Below are positions 8,247-17,184 of a DNA stretch of 57,179 bases, one piece after another. The stretch's first letter is position 1. Each line of letters begins with the position of its first letter. This DNA is from an uncultured Candidatus Saccharibacteria bacterium (GTDB taxonomy: Bacteria; Patescibacteriota; Minisyncoccia; Phycocordibacterales; SW-6-46-9). The stretch is taken from positions 1 to 57,179 of the forward strand of contig CAZHOI010000004.1 of assembly GCA_964534365.1 (NCBI GenBank), read 5' to 3'. The notes under the pieces were generated by a model that saw only the letters and a list, made by a program, of their open reading frames with translations, did not search any database and was not told the DNA's origin. The position numbers and the translations under genes were made by a program.

Positions 8247-10811
8247 CTAATTTTTGTTCAGTTTTACTGACCCTTTTTCATAATCCATTTTAATGCTATC
8301 GCCATCAACTAGATCGCCGGCGATTATTTTCTCGGCCAGTAGATCCAGGATCTCGTTTTGCAATACTCGTTTCAACGGTCTGGCTCCATAGGCCAGGTCA
8401 AAGCCTTGGGTAATTAGATAATCTTTTAGTTTATCAGTAATTTTCAAGCTTATATTTTTCTCGTCTTGGACTAGTTTAAAAATATCCTTTAATTGAATCT
8501 CTAATATCTCCGCCAGCATTTTTTTATCCAGCGCGTCAAATATCACTATGCTATCCAGTCGATTTATGAACTCGGGCCGGAAGTGGGCTTTTACCCGTTC
8601 CATGACTTTGGCATCGCGATCTTTGATTTTATCATCTAGCATAAATTCACTACCTAGGTTTGAAGTCATAATTATCACCGTATTGGTAAAATCGACTACC
8701 CGACCCTGTGAATCGGTCAACCGACCATCATCTAGCACTTGCAATAAGATGTTAAAGAAATCGGGATGAGCCTTTTCAACTTCATCTAGTAGAATCACCG
8801 AATATGGTCGGCGGCGAATTGGTTCAGTCAATTGCCCGCCTTCTTCATAACCAACATAACCTGGCGGCGCCCCTATCAATCGAGACACCGCAAATTTCTC
8901 CATATATTCTGACATATCTAATCGAATCAGAGATTTTTCTGAATCGAATAACTCGCGAGACAGTGCTTTGGCTAGTTCAGTTTTTCCTACCCCGGTAGGT
9001 CCCAAAAACAAGAAAGATCCGATTGGTCTGGTTCGAGATTTTAAACCGGCTCGAGATCGTCGGATTGCTCGTGCAACTTGCTCGACCGCCTCGTTTTGAC
9101 CAATTACCTGTTCGTGTAATTTGTCTTCGAGATTTAATAATCGATCGGCTTCGGTTTCTAATAATCGATCAACTGGAATTCCCGTCCATTTAGCCACTAC
9201 CAACGCAATATCTTCTTCTGTGACTTCTTCTTTGATCATTCGTTTAGTCTGATCGAGGCTTTCTAGGTGTTGCCTGGCTTGATCAATTTGTTTTTGTGTA
9301 TTAGGAATCTTTTCGTATTTAATTTTTGCCGCTTCATCATAGTCGCCTGATCGCTCGGCCTGCTCTTCTTCGATGCGTAACTGATCAAGTTTGGCTGCTA
9401 GTTCCCTGACCTTATCAACTGCCTGACGCTCGGATTCCCATTCCGCGTATTGCGCTTGGTACTCTTCATTTAGTGAAGCTAGTTTTTGTTTGATCTCTTC
9501 TTTACGAGCCTTTGTTTTTTTATCTTTATCACGCTTAAGTGCTTTGGATTCGATTTCTAGCTGTGCAATTTGGCGCTTCATTTGATCCAGCTCGGTTGGC
9601 ATACTCTCCATTTGCATTTTGATCATCGATGTTGCCTCATCAATTAAATCAATCGCCTTGTCGGGTGCTTGTCTGGCAGTTATATAGCGATCAGACAGTT
9701 TAGTGGCCGCCACCAAGGCTGGGTCAGTTATCTCGACCCCATGATGGATTTCATACTTTTCTTTGAGTCCCCGTAAAATAGCCAAAGTCGCTTCATTATC
9801 TGGTTCATCAATTAAAACGGTCTGAAATCGTCGTTCTAGGGCTGCGTCTTTTTCGATATGCTGTCGATATTCATTTAGTGTTGTTGCTCCCACTAATCGC
9901 AATTTTCCCCGGGCCAGCATCGGTTTCAGCATATTACCGGCATCAACCGCACCCTCACCTCCACCAGCTCCAACCAGAGTATGTAATTCATCAATAAACA
10001 AAATTACTTTGCCTGCCTCTTTTTCCACTTCATTCAACACAGCTTCTAGACGTTCTTCAAATTCGCCACGATATTTTGCCCCTGCAAGCAACGATCCAAT
10101 TTGTAGTCCAATTATTTTTTTATTCTTTAATGATTCCGGTACGTCACCAGACACAATCCGAGTCGCTAATCCTTCTACTACCGCGGTTTTCCCCACCCCA
10201 GGCTCGCCAATTAAAACTGGATTATTTTTAGTCCTCCTCGATAGCACTTGAATAATCCGCCGGATTTCTTCGTCGCGACCAATTACGGGATCTAGTTTTC
10301 CACTTTGGGCCAATTCAGTATAGTCTTCACCATATTTTTGCAAAACTTCTTGCTTGGCTTCTGGGTTCTTGTCGGTTACTTTCATGTCTCCTTTGATTGA
10401 GTTGATAATTTCTTCTGACTGCAATTTAGTCAAATCATATTTTCTTAGCAAGTTTGATATATCAGGCAAATCAAACAATGATAACCAAATATGTTCGGCA
10501 CTGATATATTCATCACCATTTTTTAGCCCTAGCGCAGAGGCCTGCCGCAGTAAATCAGCCACCTCAGACGAGAATTTTGGATTAACAGCATTGCTGAGTT
10601 TTGGCAATTTTTTTAATCTGACATCTAAATCATTTTGTAATTTAGCTTTATCAATTTCGGATTCGTCTAATACTCGCTGAACCAAGGTTCCCGACGATAT
10701 GGTAATGGCTTTCAGTACGTGTAGTGGCGCGACTTCACTATTACTTCCCCGATTCGCAACTGCAATTGCCTGGCTGACAATTTCTCTGGCTTTGTCAGTA
10801 AACTTATCCAT
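8247..10811 (-). CDS. clpB: Chaperone ClpB
   Basis: Two AAA+ modules ([16 protein letters not shown]), [13 protein letters not shown], middle coiled coil; start set to MDKFT after a tataat box at 10824-10829. Confidence 0.96.
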   Translation of the reverse strand: MDKFTDKAREIVSQAIAVANRGSNSEVAPLHVLKAITISSGTLVQRVLDESEIDKAKLQNDLDVRLKKLPKLSNAVNPKFSSEVADLLRQASALGLKNGDEYISAEHIWLSLFDLPDISNLLRKYDLTKLQSEEIINSIKGDMKVTDKNPEAKQEVLQKYGEDYTELAQSGKLDPVIGRDEEIRRIIQVLSRRTKNNPVLIGEPGVGKTAVVEGLATRIVSGDVPESLKNKKIIGLQIGSLLAGAKYRGEFEERLEAVLNEVEKEAGKVILFIDELHTLVGAGGGEGAVDAGNMLKPMLARGKLRLVGATTLNEYRQHIEKDAALERRFQTVLIDEPDNEATLAILRGLKEKYEIHHGVEITDPALVAATKLSDRYITARQAPDKAIDLIDEATSMIKMQMESMPTELDQMKRQIAQLEIESKALKRDKDKKTKARKEEIKQKLASLNEEYQAQYAEWESERQAVDKVRELAAKLDQLRIEEEQAERSGDYDEAAKIKYEKIPNTQKQIDQARQHLESLDQTKRMIKEEVTEEDIALVVAKWTGIPVDRLLETEADRLLNLEDKLHEQVIGQNEAVEQVARAIRRSRAGLKSRTRPIGSFLFLGPTGVGKTELAKALSRELFDSEKSLIRLDMSEYMEKFAVSRLIGAPPGYVGYEEGGQLTEPIRRRPYSVILLDEVEKAHPDFFNILLQVLDDGRLTDSQGRVVDFTNTVIIMTSNLGSEFMLDDKIKDRDAKVMERVKAHFRPEFINRLDSIVIFDALDKKMLAEILEIQLKDIFKLVQDEKNISLKITDKLKDYLITQGFDLAYGARPLKRVLQNEILDLLAEKIIAGDLVDGDSIKMDYEKGSVKLNKN

Positions 10812-11002
10812 ATCTGTATATGAATTATACAAACGGTACGTTTTGTTAGCAAATTAGGTTATTACATCTAAAATTTTACAAATTGGTGTCATTGGCAGTT
10901 TGATTTACACCTGAATTCAATCTTGTCCTTTACAAAAAACTAGTAAGAGCTTGGTTTTATATCGAGCTACCTGTATTCCCCCATCAATTAAATCTGGTAA
11001 GG

Positions 11003-11377
11003 CTATATTAAGTTTTTAATAAATTTTAGACGAGACTTTTTGGTTTCGTGATTAATCTTGATCAAAATAGCACATAAATTAATTTCATATTGATATAAAT
11101 TATTAGCCGCTATATAAGTTTGAACTGACTTCTTGAATCGCTCTAATTTCCTAGGATACAGACGCTCCGACAGACTTACCAACATCGACGAATTTACATC
11201 AGCAGCTTTGACCTCAACAAAATAGTAGGTGTCACTTCTTTTCGCCACCAGATCAATTTCACCAAAAACATAAGTGACATTCTCGCTTATAACCTCATAT
11301 CCCTCATTTAAAAGAAACCTTTTGGCCAGTTGTTCACCTATTAACCCAGTTTTCCCCAATTGTGACTTTTTAGCCAT
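11003..11377 (-). CDS. yraN: YraN family (UPF0102) nuclease
   Basis: G..GE..A..FL...GY, GEIDLVA, FVEVK (PD-(D/E)XK) motifs. Confidence 0.85.
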   Translation of the reverse strand: MAKKSQLGKTGLIGEQLAKRFLLNEGYEVISENVTYVFGEIDLVAKRSDTYYFVEVKAADVNSSMLVSLSERLYPRKLERFKKSVQTYIAANNLYQYEINLCAILIKINHETKKSRLKFIKNLI

Positions 11378-11428
11378 ACCGCTTAGTATAGCGTTATTCC
11401 GTCTAAACCTCGCTTAAAGACCCGTCGT

Positions 11429-11501
11429 TTATCCCCTAATCCACATAGTTATCCCCTATTCCCCATAGTTATCCACACAAATAAATTGTCCCTGGGTATA
11501 A
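11429..11501. promoter_or_regulatory. Cluster of DnaA-box-like 9-mers with a 20-bp period
   Basis: ttatcccct 11429 and 11449, taatccaca 11437, tattcccca 11457, perfect ttatccaca 11469, inverted tgggtataa 11493. Confidence 0.6.
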
Positions 11502-11605
11502 CTTTTCCTTTAAGCGTCGATTATAAATTTATAAAGGTTGTTAGCCTAAATATTATTTGATTGAGAACTAGAGATTAATCAGTTATTCTAGACATTATAG
11601 TTTCA

Positions 11606-11680
11606 GCGGGCCGCACTCATTGTGTGAGCCTCGCATATATCAAAACTATTCCATATATGCGGGTATACCCACACACTCAG
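11606..11680. repeat. Palindromic element related to the 7134-7186 repeat, upstream of tRNA-Gly(GCC)
   Basis: gcggg-ccgc..gtgagcct-cgca(tatat..atata)tgcgggt; 11668-11680 is complementary to 11748-11760 (1 mismatch). Confidence 0.6.
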
Positions 11681-11755
11681 TTTTGAGTTATGATACTCGT
11701 TGTAGATTAAGTTAATCGCACGTTCCGCTTTAATTATTATTTTAGAGCTGAGTGT

Positions 11756-11826
11756 GCGGGTATAGTTTAGTGGTATGACACCTGCTTGCCATGCAGGAGA
11801 CGGGAGTTCGATTCTCCCTACCCGCA
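11756..11826 (+). tRNA. tRNA-Gly (GCC)
   Basis: GCGGGTA..TACCCGCA; anticodon arm cctgc-TTGCCAT-gcagg; GTTCGATTC. Confidence 0.95.
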
Positions 11827-11943
11827 CAAAATTTATCAAATTCAACAGCCTGTAATCTTTAATTTAGTAGCCGGTCTATTTAATAAGAAACTAGAAAAAT
11901 AAAGTGTCTAGGGCTAAAAACCGAGGGTTCATTAATCGCTCGT

Positions 11944-12080
11944 AATGTCTAAGGTAACCCTGACAGGACTCGAACACGAGCTTCTAATTCACACGCTCAC
12001 AAGAACTCTCGACCCTGGCTCACTTCCCTACCTTACAAGCGGGGCCTTCCGTCCTTCAAGCTTTCGCTGCCATAAACATC
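11944..12080 (-). ncRNA. Putative structured ncRNA (long irregular hairpin, possibly 6S-like)
   Basis: GC-rich non-coding island; on the minus strand gatgtttatggcagc pairs with ggttaccttagacatt and cttgaaggac pairs with gtcctgtcagg, using G-U pairs. Confidence 0.3.
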
Positions 12081-12110
12081 ATATTATGTTTTAAAGTCTG
12101 AGATAAGAAC

Positions 12111-12140
12111 GCTAATAGATTTTGACAAAATCTATGCCAT
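12111..12140. repeat. Dispersed intergenic palindromic motif, copy 1
   Basis: gctaatagattttgacaaaatctatgccat; near-identical copy at 16244-16275. Confidence 0.7.
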
Positions 12141-12143
12141 AGC

Positions 12144-12171
12144 AAAAGGAACTAGCGAGTAGCTAGTTCCT
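12144..12171 (-). terminator. Probable terminator after tRNA-Arg
   Basis: aggaactagc-gagta-gctagttcct 10-bp stem with a short U-tract on the minus strand. Confidence 0.5.
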
Positions 12172-12184
12172 AGAGCGTAAATAG

Positions 12185-12256
12185 TGCACCTGCCAGGACT
12201 CGAACCCAGAACGTCTGGTCCGAAGCCAGATGTGATATCCATTTCACCACAGGTGC
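12185..12256 (-). tRNA. tRNA-Arg (TCG)
   Basis: GCACCTG..CAGGTGCA; anticodon arm tctgg-CTTCGGA-ccaga; GTTCGAGTC. Confidence 0.95.
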
Positions 12257-12356
12257 AATTTATGTAAACAAGCTCTATCTTATAAACCTTGTTTACTTAT
12301 TATTTTGAACTGGTTCAAAGTATAGTTCAGCAGTATGATAAGACGCAAGCAATCTT

Positions 12357-13841
12357 ATGAAAATTCCTGACGAAATAATCGCTATTGGTGATCAGCTAAG
12401 TAGCGCTGGCTATAAACCATTTTTGGTTGGTGGTTGTGTTCGTGATCTAGCTCTTGGCAATAAACCCAAAGATTGGGACCTGGCCAGCGATGCCTTGCCC
12501 GATCAAGTATTAAATGTCTTCGAGCACGCGCATTATGACAATAACTACGGCACTGTCCGAATCGTAAATGATGAAACTAATGACCCGCTGCTAAAAGTTG
12601 TCGAGTTAACTACCTTTAGGCGTGAAATCGGCTATAGCGACGATCGTCGACCAGATCAGGTGACTTTCTCAACTAAAATTGTTGATGATTTGAAACGACG
12701 CGACTTCACTATAAACGCCCTTGCCTATCCATTATACGATTTAAATAATAATGTTTTTAACCCTGAATTAGTGATTGACCATCATCAAGGTCTGGAGGAT
12801 TTGACCAACCGACTAATTAAAACGGTCGGTGATCCAAATGATCGATTTGGCGAAGATGCTCTACGGTTATTAAGGGCAGTACGATTCGCAGCACAATTAG
12901 ATTTCGCAATTGAATCTAATACGTTAATCGCTATAACCAACCAATCAGAAAGGTTAAATAAAATTGCTGTCGAGCGAATAACCGATGAATTCAACAAATT
13001 AATTTTAACTCAAAATCCCGCAATGGGATTGGAAATGCTGCGACGCACTGGTTTGCTAGCGCAATTTATTCCCGAACTACTAGAAGGGGTTGGGGTACAA
13101 CAAAACCAAGCCCATTCATATACAGTCTGGGAGCATTTGCTGCGAACCCTACAGGCTGCAGCTGATAAAAACTTTGATTTAACCCTGCGAATTAGCGCTC
13201 TATTCCACGACATTGCCAAACCTAGAACCCGAGAGGTTTCACCAGAAACAGCTCAACCAACCTTTTATAATCATGAAGTAGTGGGGGCGATAATGACTAA
13301 AAAAATTTTGAAGCGCCTGAAATATTCGCGTGATAGTGTTTCACAAATAACTACATTTGTTCGCTGGCATATGTTTTTTTCTGATCCGGACGAAGTTACC
13401 CTGGCCGGAGTGCGACGATTAATTGCCAAAGTTGGACCAGATAACATTTGGGATTTGGTCAATTTGCGTATTTGTGACCGTATTGGCACTGGTAGACCAA
13501 AAGAACAACCGTATCGTCTGCGTAAATTTAAAGCCATGATCGAAGAAGCAGTTAGACAACCCACCACCGTAAAAATGTTAAAAATAAATGGTGATATTAT
13601 AATTAATCACTTAAATGTTAAACCCGGCCGGATTATTGGTGATATTTTGCATATTATCCTTGACCAGGTATTAGAAGACCCGAATTTAAATAATCTAGAT
13701 TACCAATTGTTAGAAGCCAGTCGATTGATCGAATTAGATAATCAAGAGCGTGAAAAACTGACGTTAAAGGCAAAAGAAAATTTAAGAAAAATTGAATCAG
13801 ACGCAATCCAGGAAATCCGACACAAACATCATGTCCGTTAA
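12357..13841 (+). CDS. cca: CCA tRNA nucleotidyltransferase / poly(A) polymerase family protein with HD domain
   Basis: VGGCVRD, DWDLAS, DLKRRDFTINA, EDALRLLRAVRF, FHDIAKP; several tRNAs here lack an encoded CCA. Confidence 0.85.
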   Translation: MKIPDEIIAIGDQLSSAGYKPFLVGGCVRDLALGNKPKDWDLASDALPDQVLNVFEHAHYDNNYGTVRIVNDETNDPLLKVVELTTFRREIGYSDDRRPDQVTFSTKIVDDLKRRDFTINALAYPLYDLNNNVFNPELVIDHHQGLEDLTNRLIKTVGDPNDRFGEDALRLLRAVRFAAQLDFAIESNTLIAITNQSERLNKIAVERITDEFNKLILTQNPAMGLEMLRRTGLLAQFIPELLEGVGVQQNQAHSYTVWEHLLRTLQAAADKNFDLTLRISALFHDIAKPRTREVSPETAQPTFYNHEVVGAIMTKKILKRLKYSRDSVSQITTFVRWHMFFSDPDEVTLAGVRRLIAKVGPDNIWDLVNLRICDRIGTGRPKEQPYRLRKFKAMIEEAVRQPTTVKMLKINGDIIINHLNVKPGRIIGDILHIILDQVLEDPNLNNLDYQLLEASRLIELDNQEREKLTLKAKENLRKIESDAIQEIRHKHHVR

Positions 13842-13848
13842 ATTTTAT

Positions 13849-14619
13849 CTACAGGTTAATGTCCAATACTATAGGACAATGATCCGAACCGAGTATTTCA
13901 ATATGTGTCTTATAGTTTTGTACCAGGGGAAATAAATCTTTAGATATAAACCAATAATCAATACGCCAACCAACATTTCTATCGCGAGCACCTGATTTCA
14001 TGTCCCAATACGTATAAACTTCAGCTTTTTTAGGATTTAGGATTCGAAATACATCAATGTATCCTTCTTCAATCACCTGATCTACCCAAGCGCGTTCAAT
14101 TGGCAAGAAGCCGGTGTTATTTTTATTTTGTTCAGGCCTGGTTAAATCAATTGGATGATGAGCGACATTTAAATCCCCACCAAAAATAATACTGTACCCA
14201 GCCTCTTTAAAATTATTTATATGATTTAAAAAAGCTTTGTAGAAAGCCAATTTATAATCTAAGTTTGAGGTTTTGCTGCCGCCGTTAGGAAAATACCCAT
14301 TTAAGATAATGTAATTGTCATAAACCGCCGTTAATAGTCGCCCTTGATTAACAAACCCAGCCTCTGGTAACCCTTTAATAATATCAATTGGAGCCTGTTT
14401 CACGTATAACGCCACACCACTATATCCTCTACGAATCGTTGCGGAATCAAAATAGGCGTGATAATCAGGACGATTCAATAAATAATCTGATAATTGGTCA
14501 GGATGGGATTTGGTTTCTTGCAATGCGATAACATCAAAATCATTTTCCCACAACCATTTATCTGCTTTTTTACGTTCAATAGCACGTAAACCGTTAACAT
14601 TCCAGGATACTAGTTTCAC
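13849..14619 (-). CDS. xth: Exodeoxyribonuclease III
   Basis: SWNVNGLRA, LQETK, GYSGVA, NGYFPNG, GDLNVAH, WRIDY, SDHCP. Confidence 0.95.
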   Translation of the reverse strand: MKLVSWNVNGLRAIERKKADKWLWENDFDVIALQETKSHPDQLSDYLLNRPDYHAYFDSATIRRGYSGVALYVKQAPIDIIKGLPEAGFVNQGRLLTAVYDNYIILNGYFPNGGSKTSNLDYKLAFYKAFLNHINNFKEAGYSIIFGGDLNVAHHPIDLTRPEQNKNNTGFLPIERAWVDQVIEEGYIDVFRILNPKKAEVYTYWDMKSGARDRNVGWRIDYWFISKDLFPLVQNYKTHIEILGSDHCPIVLDINL

Positions 14620-14860
14620 ATGAAAACAATACCATCAATTATAGTAAAACTCGATTTTGACTAATTTTAATATAAAAATTGAAACTTGTAGCAATGATTT
14701 AGATTACGGTTATAAAGATTAGTTATTCATGAAACGTTTTAAGTATAGTTACTTACTATCTTATATCAGGTTTTTAAATAGTAATTTTGTATAAATATAA
14801 AATTACTGTATAAAATTTAATAAATAATACTGCTAATGTACAAGGTTTCACCTGAAACAA

Positions 14861-15802
14861 TTAATTGGTTGAGTGATATTTTTTATGAACCTCACGCAGC
14901 CTTTCATTAGTTACATGGGTATAAATTTGAGTAGTGGAAATATCGGCATGTCCTAATAAATTCTGCACGGAACGAATATCAGCTCCATTGCGTAGTAAAT
15001 CGGTCGCGTAGGCATGCCGCAATACATGAGGGGTGACCTTTTTGGAGATTCCAGCTTTTATACCTGCTCGCTTAACGATTCTTTCTATGGATCTAACACT
15101 CAATCGTAAAGACTCATCTACTTCAGCTGATTTTCTTAGCCGAACTAACAACGCCTCATCAATATCTATTCGTTTTTCTAAATAATGTTTTATGGATTGT
15201 TGAGCTGCCCTGTTGACAAATACCAATCGCACCTTGCCACCTTTACCTCGTATGCTAAATTCCCCATTTTCCCACCCACAATCGCGATTTAATTTGGCCA
15301 ATTCCGACACTCGCAGTCCAGAAGAATACAATAGCTCGATAATAACTTTATTTCTTAATCCCTTTTCAGAATCTTTGCTTTCATAAATTTTCCTTAGACG
15401 TTCTAATTCAGCCATAGAAATAAGGTCTAATTCACGATCGGGGACTTTTGCTAAATCAATTCGGTCTGGTGCTAGTGAATCAATTTTATTTCTAACCAAG
15501 AATTTCAATAGGTTACGTAATGCTATCAAGTGATAGTTTTGGGTATTTTTGGACAAAATCTGTCCTTTACCATTATCTATCCGGTTGAGTAGCAATTGAT
15601 ATTTTAAAACGACATTGTCTGTTATGTCTTTTGGATTTTTTGCATTTGTTAAATTGACAAATCTTTTTAAATAACGACGATAGTTTTTGATCGTATTGAT
15701 ACTACGTCCTTTCTGAACCTCAAGGTGTACTAGATAATTATTAATCCATTTTTGTAATTCAGAACGCTGGTTATTAGTTTGATCCTGAGTTTGTTTGGAC
15801 AC
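14861..15802 (-). CDS. XerC/XerD-type tyrosine recombinase
   Basis: N-terminal SAM-like domain; intact catalytic set GLRVSEL, GKGGK, HVLRH, LGH, TQIYTH. Confidence 0.9.
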   Translation of the reverse strand: MSKQTQDQTNNQRSELQKWINNYLVHLEVQKGRSINTIKNYRRYLKRFVNLTNAKNPKDITDNVVLKYQLLLNRIDNGKGQILSKNTQNYHLIALRNLLKFLVRNKIDSLAPDRIDLAKVPDRELDLISMAELERLRKIYESKDSEKGLRNKVIIELLYSSGLRVSELAKLNRDCGWENGEFSIRGKGGKVRLVFVNRAAQQSIKHYLEKRIDIDEALLVRLRKSAEVDESLRLSVRSIERIVKRAGIKAGISKKVTPHVLRHAYATDLLRNGADIRSVQNLLGHADISTTQIYTHVTNERLREVHKKYHSTN

Positions 15803-15867
15803 GATAGTTAATTATACCAATTATTAAGTGTAGACTTTTGTGCTTTTTTTGCTATAATTGTGCAATC

Positions 15868-16143
15868 ATGGCTTTAACCAAGCGTCAAAAACAAAATACT
15901 ATTAAAGATATAAAACAGCACAATAACGATACAGGATCAACTGAAGTCCAAATTGCAATATTAACTAGACGAATCACTGAATTATCAGACCATCTAAAAA
16001 AGCATCGGGGTGATAATCATTCACGTCGCGGACTACTTAAACTAGTTGCCCAACGTCGCAAATTGGTAAAATACCTGCAAAAAACTTCTAAGAAGCGCTA
16101 CAATTTACTTGCTAAATCACTAGGTTTAAAGACTGTTTCATAA
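15868..16143 (+). CDS. rpsO: 30S ribosomal protein S15
   Basis: DTGSTEVQIAILT..I..L..HL..H..D.HSRRGL; start at MALTK, 9 nt after tataat. Confidence 0.97.
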   Translation: MALTKRQKQNTIKDIKQHNNDTGSTEVQIAILTRRITELSDHLKKHRGDNHSRRGLLKLVAQRRKLVKYLQKTSKKRYNLLAKSLGLKTVS

Positions 16144-16243
16144 ATAACCTCTAACAAGAGTAGTCTAAATTTTTTGTATATTAAATCTACGACGTAAGCA
16201 CACTAGCCATAAAATTTTAATAATTATATTTTAGAAAATATCA

Positions 16244-16275
16244 GCTAATAGATTTGCCTGACAAATCTATGCCAT
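16244..16275. repeat. Dispersed intergenic palindromic motif, copy 2
   Basis: gctaatagatttgcctgacaaatctatgccat; matches 12111-12140. Confidence 0.7.
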
Positions 16276-16345
16276 GAGGCAGATAATTTTCTAAAAATGA
16301 CTAAAATTTACTTTTAATCATAAATTAAAAGATAACGAAACAAGC

Positions 16346-16894
16346 ATGACTGTAATTAAACATCCTGATCAACGTGTGGCCGTATTTATTGACACTCAAA
16401 ATCTATACCACAGTGCCAAAAACCTTTATCGTGGAGCGCGAGTTAATTTTGACGAGGTCCTCTGGGGGAGTGTTGGAAATCGAAAACTAATAAGGGCGAT
16501 GGCATATGTCATTGCTACTGAAGGGGGTGAAGAAAATGCTTTTTTTGAAGCGCTAAATAATATGGGCATCGAAACCAAAATTAAAGATCTGCAAATATTT
16601 GGTGGTGGCGCAAAAAAGGCTGACTGGGACGTTAATCTAGCAATTGATGCCATAATTATGGCCCCAAAACTGGATGCAGTAATCATTGCCTCGGGTGATG
16701 GCGATTTCATTCCCCTGGTTAATTACTTGCAATACAACGAAGGCTGCCAGGTAGAGGTGGTATCATTTGGTAAATCAACCTCGGCGAATTTAATCGAAGC
16801 TTGTGATGATTTTATTGATATGGATGAAAACCCAGGCGCTTATTTGATGAATTACCGCAGTAGCAAGAGTAATGGTAAGTCAAAAGGGAAATAG
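16346..16894 (+). CDS. NYN domain (LabA/DUF88, PIN-like) protein
   Basis: VAVFIDTQNLY, KKADWDV.LAIDA, SGDGDFIPLV, S.NLIEACDDFID. Confidence 0.9.
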   Translation: MTVIKHPDQRVAVFIDTQNLYHSAKNLYRGARVNFDEVLWGSVGNRKLIRAMAYVIATEGGEENAFFEALNNMGIETKIKDLQIFGGGAKKADWDVNLAIDAIIMAPKLDAVIIASGDGDFIPLVNYLQYNEGCQVEVVSFGKSTSANLIEACDDFIDMDENPGAYLMNYRSSKSNGKSKGK

Positions 16895-17184
16895 CAAATT
16901 AATAAATTTCGAGCGCCCAATATCCCTACGTGTTTCACAAATAACTGATTTATTACAAAATCCTTCGAGATTATTTTTCAGCTTAATTAACCTTGGCAAG
17001 TTATTTGAATGTCAATCGGTCCTTTACAAACATTAAATTTAATTATAATCAGTCTGTATTTAGTCGTGGACATTTATTTTGATATAATAAATAGCGAAGA
17101 CAGTTTTTTGGGTTAATTGCCAAGTTTATCGACTACTATACCTGGATTGCAGTCTGTTACTAACCTAGTTTTACTCTAAATTAT

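Larger units (their letters stand above)
13235..16946. promoter_or_regulatory. Cluster of parS-like 16-mers (GTTTCAY-N3-WAAC core)
   Basis: Sites start at 13235, 13337, 14396, 14612 (weak), 14721 (minus), 14844, 16134, 16931; the best, ggtttcacctgaaaca, is 14/16 to TGTTTCACGTGAAACA. Confidence 0.6.

Noticed and set aside
8548-10680. Plus-strand ORFs inside clpB (similar shadows lie inside uvrD, VirB4, PBP1A and the surface protein, e.g. 27879-28304, 34191-34538)
   Set aside because: Antisense or alternate-frame shadows of well-supported genes with no recognisable motifs.
10833-10900. CIRCE/HrcA or CtsR operator upstream of clpB
   Set aside because: Only a ttagca half-match; no TTAGCACTC-N9-GAGTGCTAA or heptad direct repeat.
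11956-12047. Extra tRNA (Sec-like or intron-containing) on the minus strand
   Set aside because: A weak acceptor pairing and TTCGAGT exist, but the T-stem does not pair and there is no D-arm or anticodon arm.
12069-12094. dif/cer-like Xer site (cataa-N8-ttatgtttt)
   Set aside because: The spacer is 8 rather than 6 bp, the arms match poorly, and an origin-proximal position is wrong for dif.
14861-15802. Phage or ICE integrase mobilising the T4SS locus
   Set aside because: It has typical housekeeping Xer size and motifs, sits between xth and rpsO, is 14 kb from the locus, and has no att repeats or cargo.
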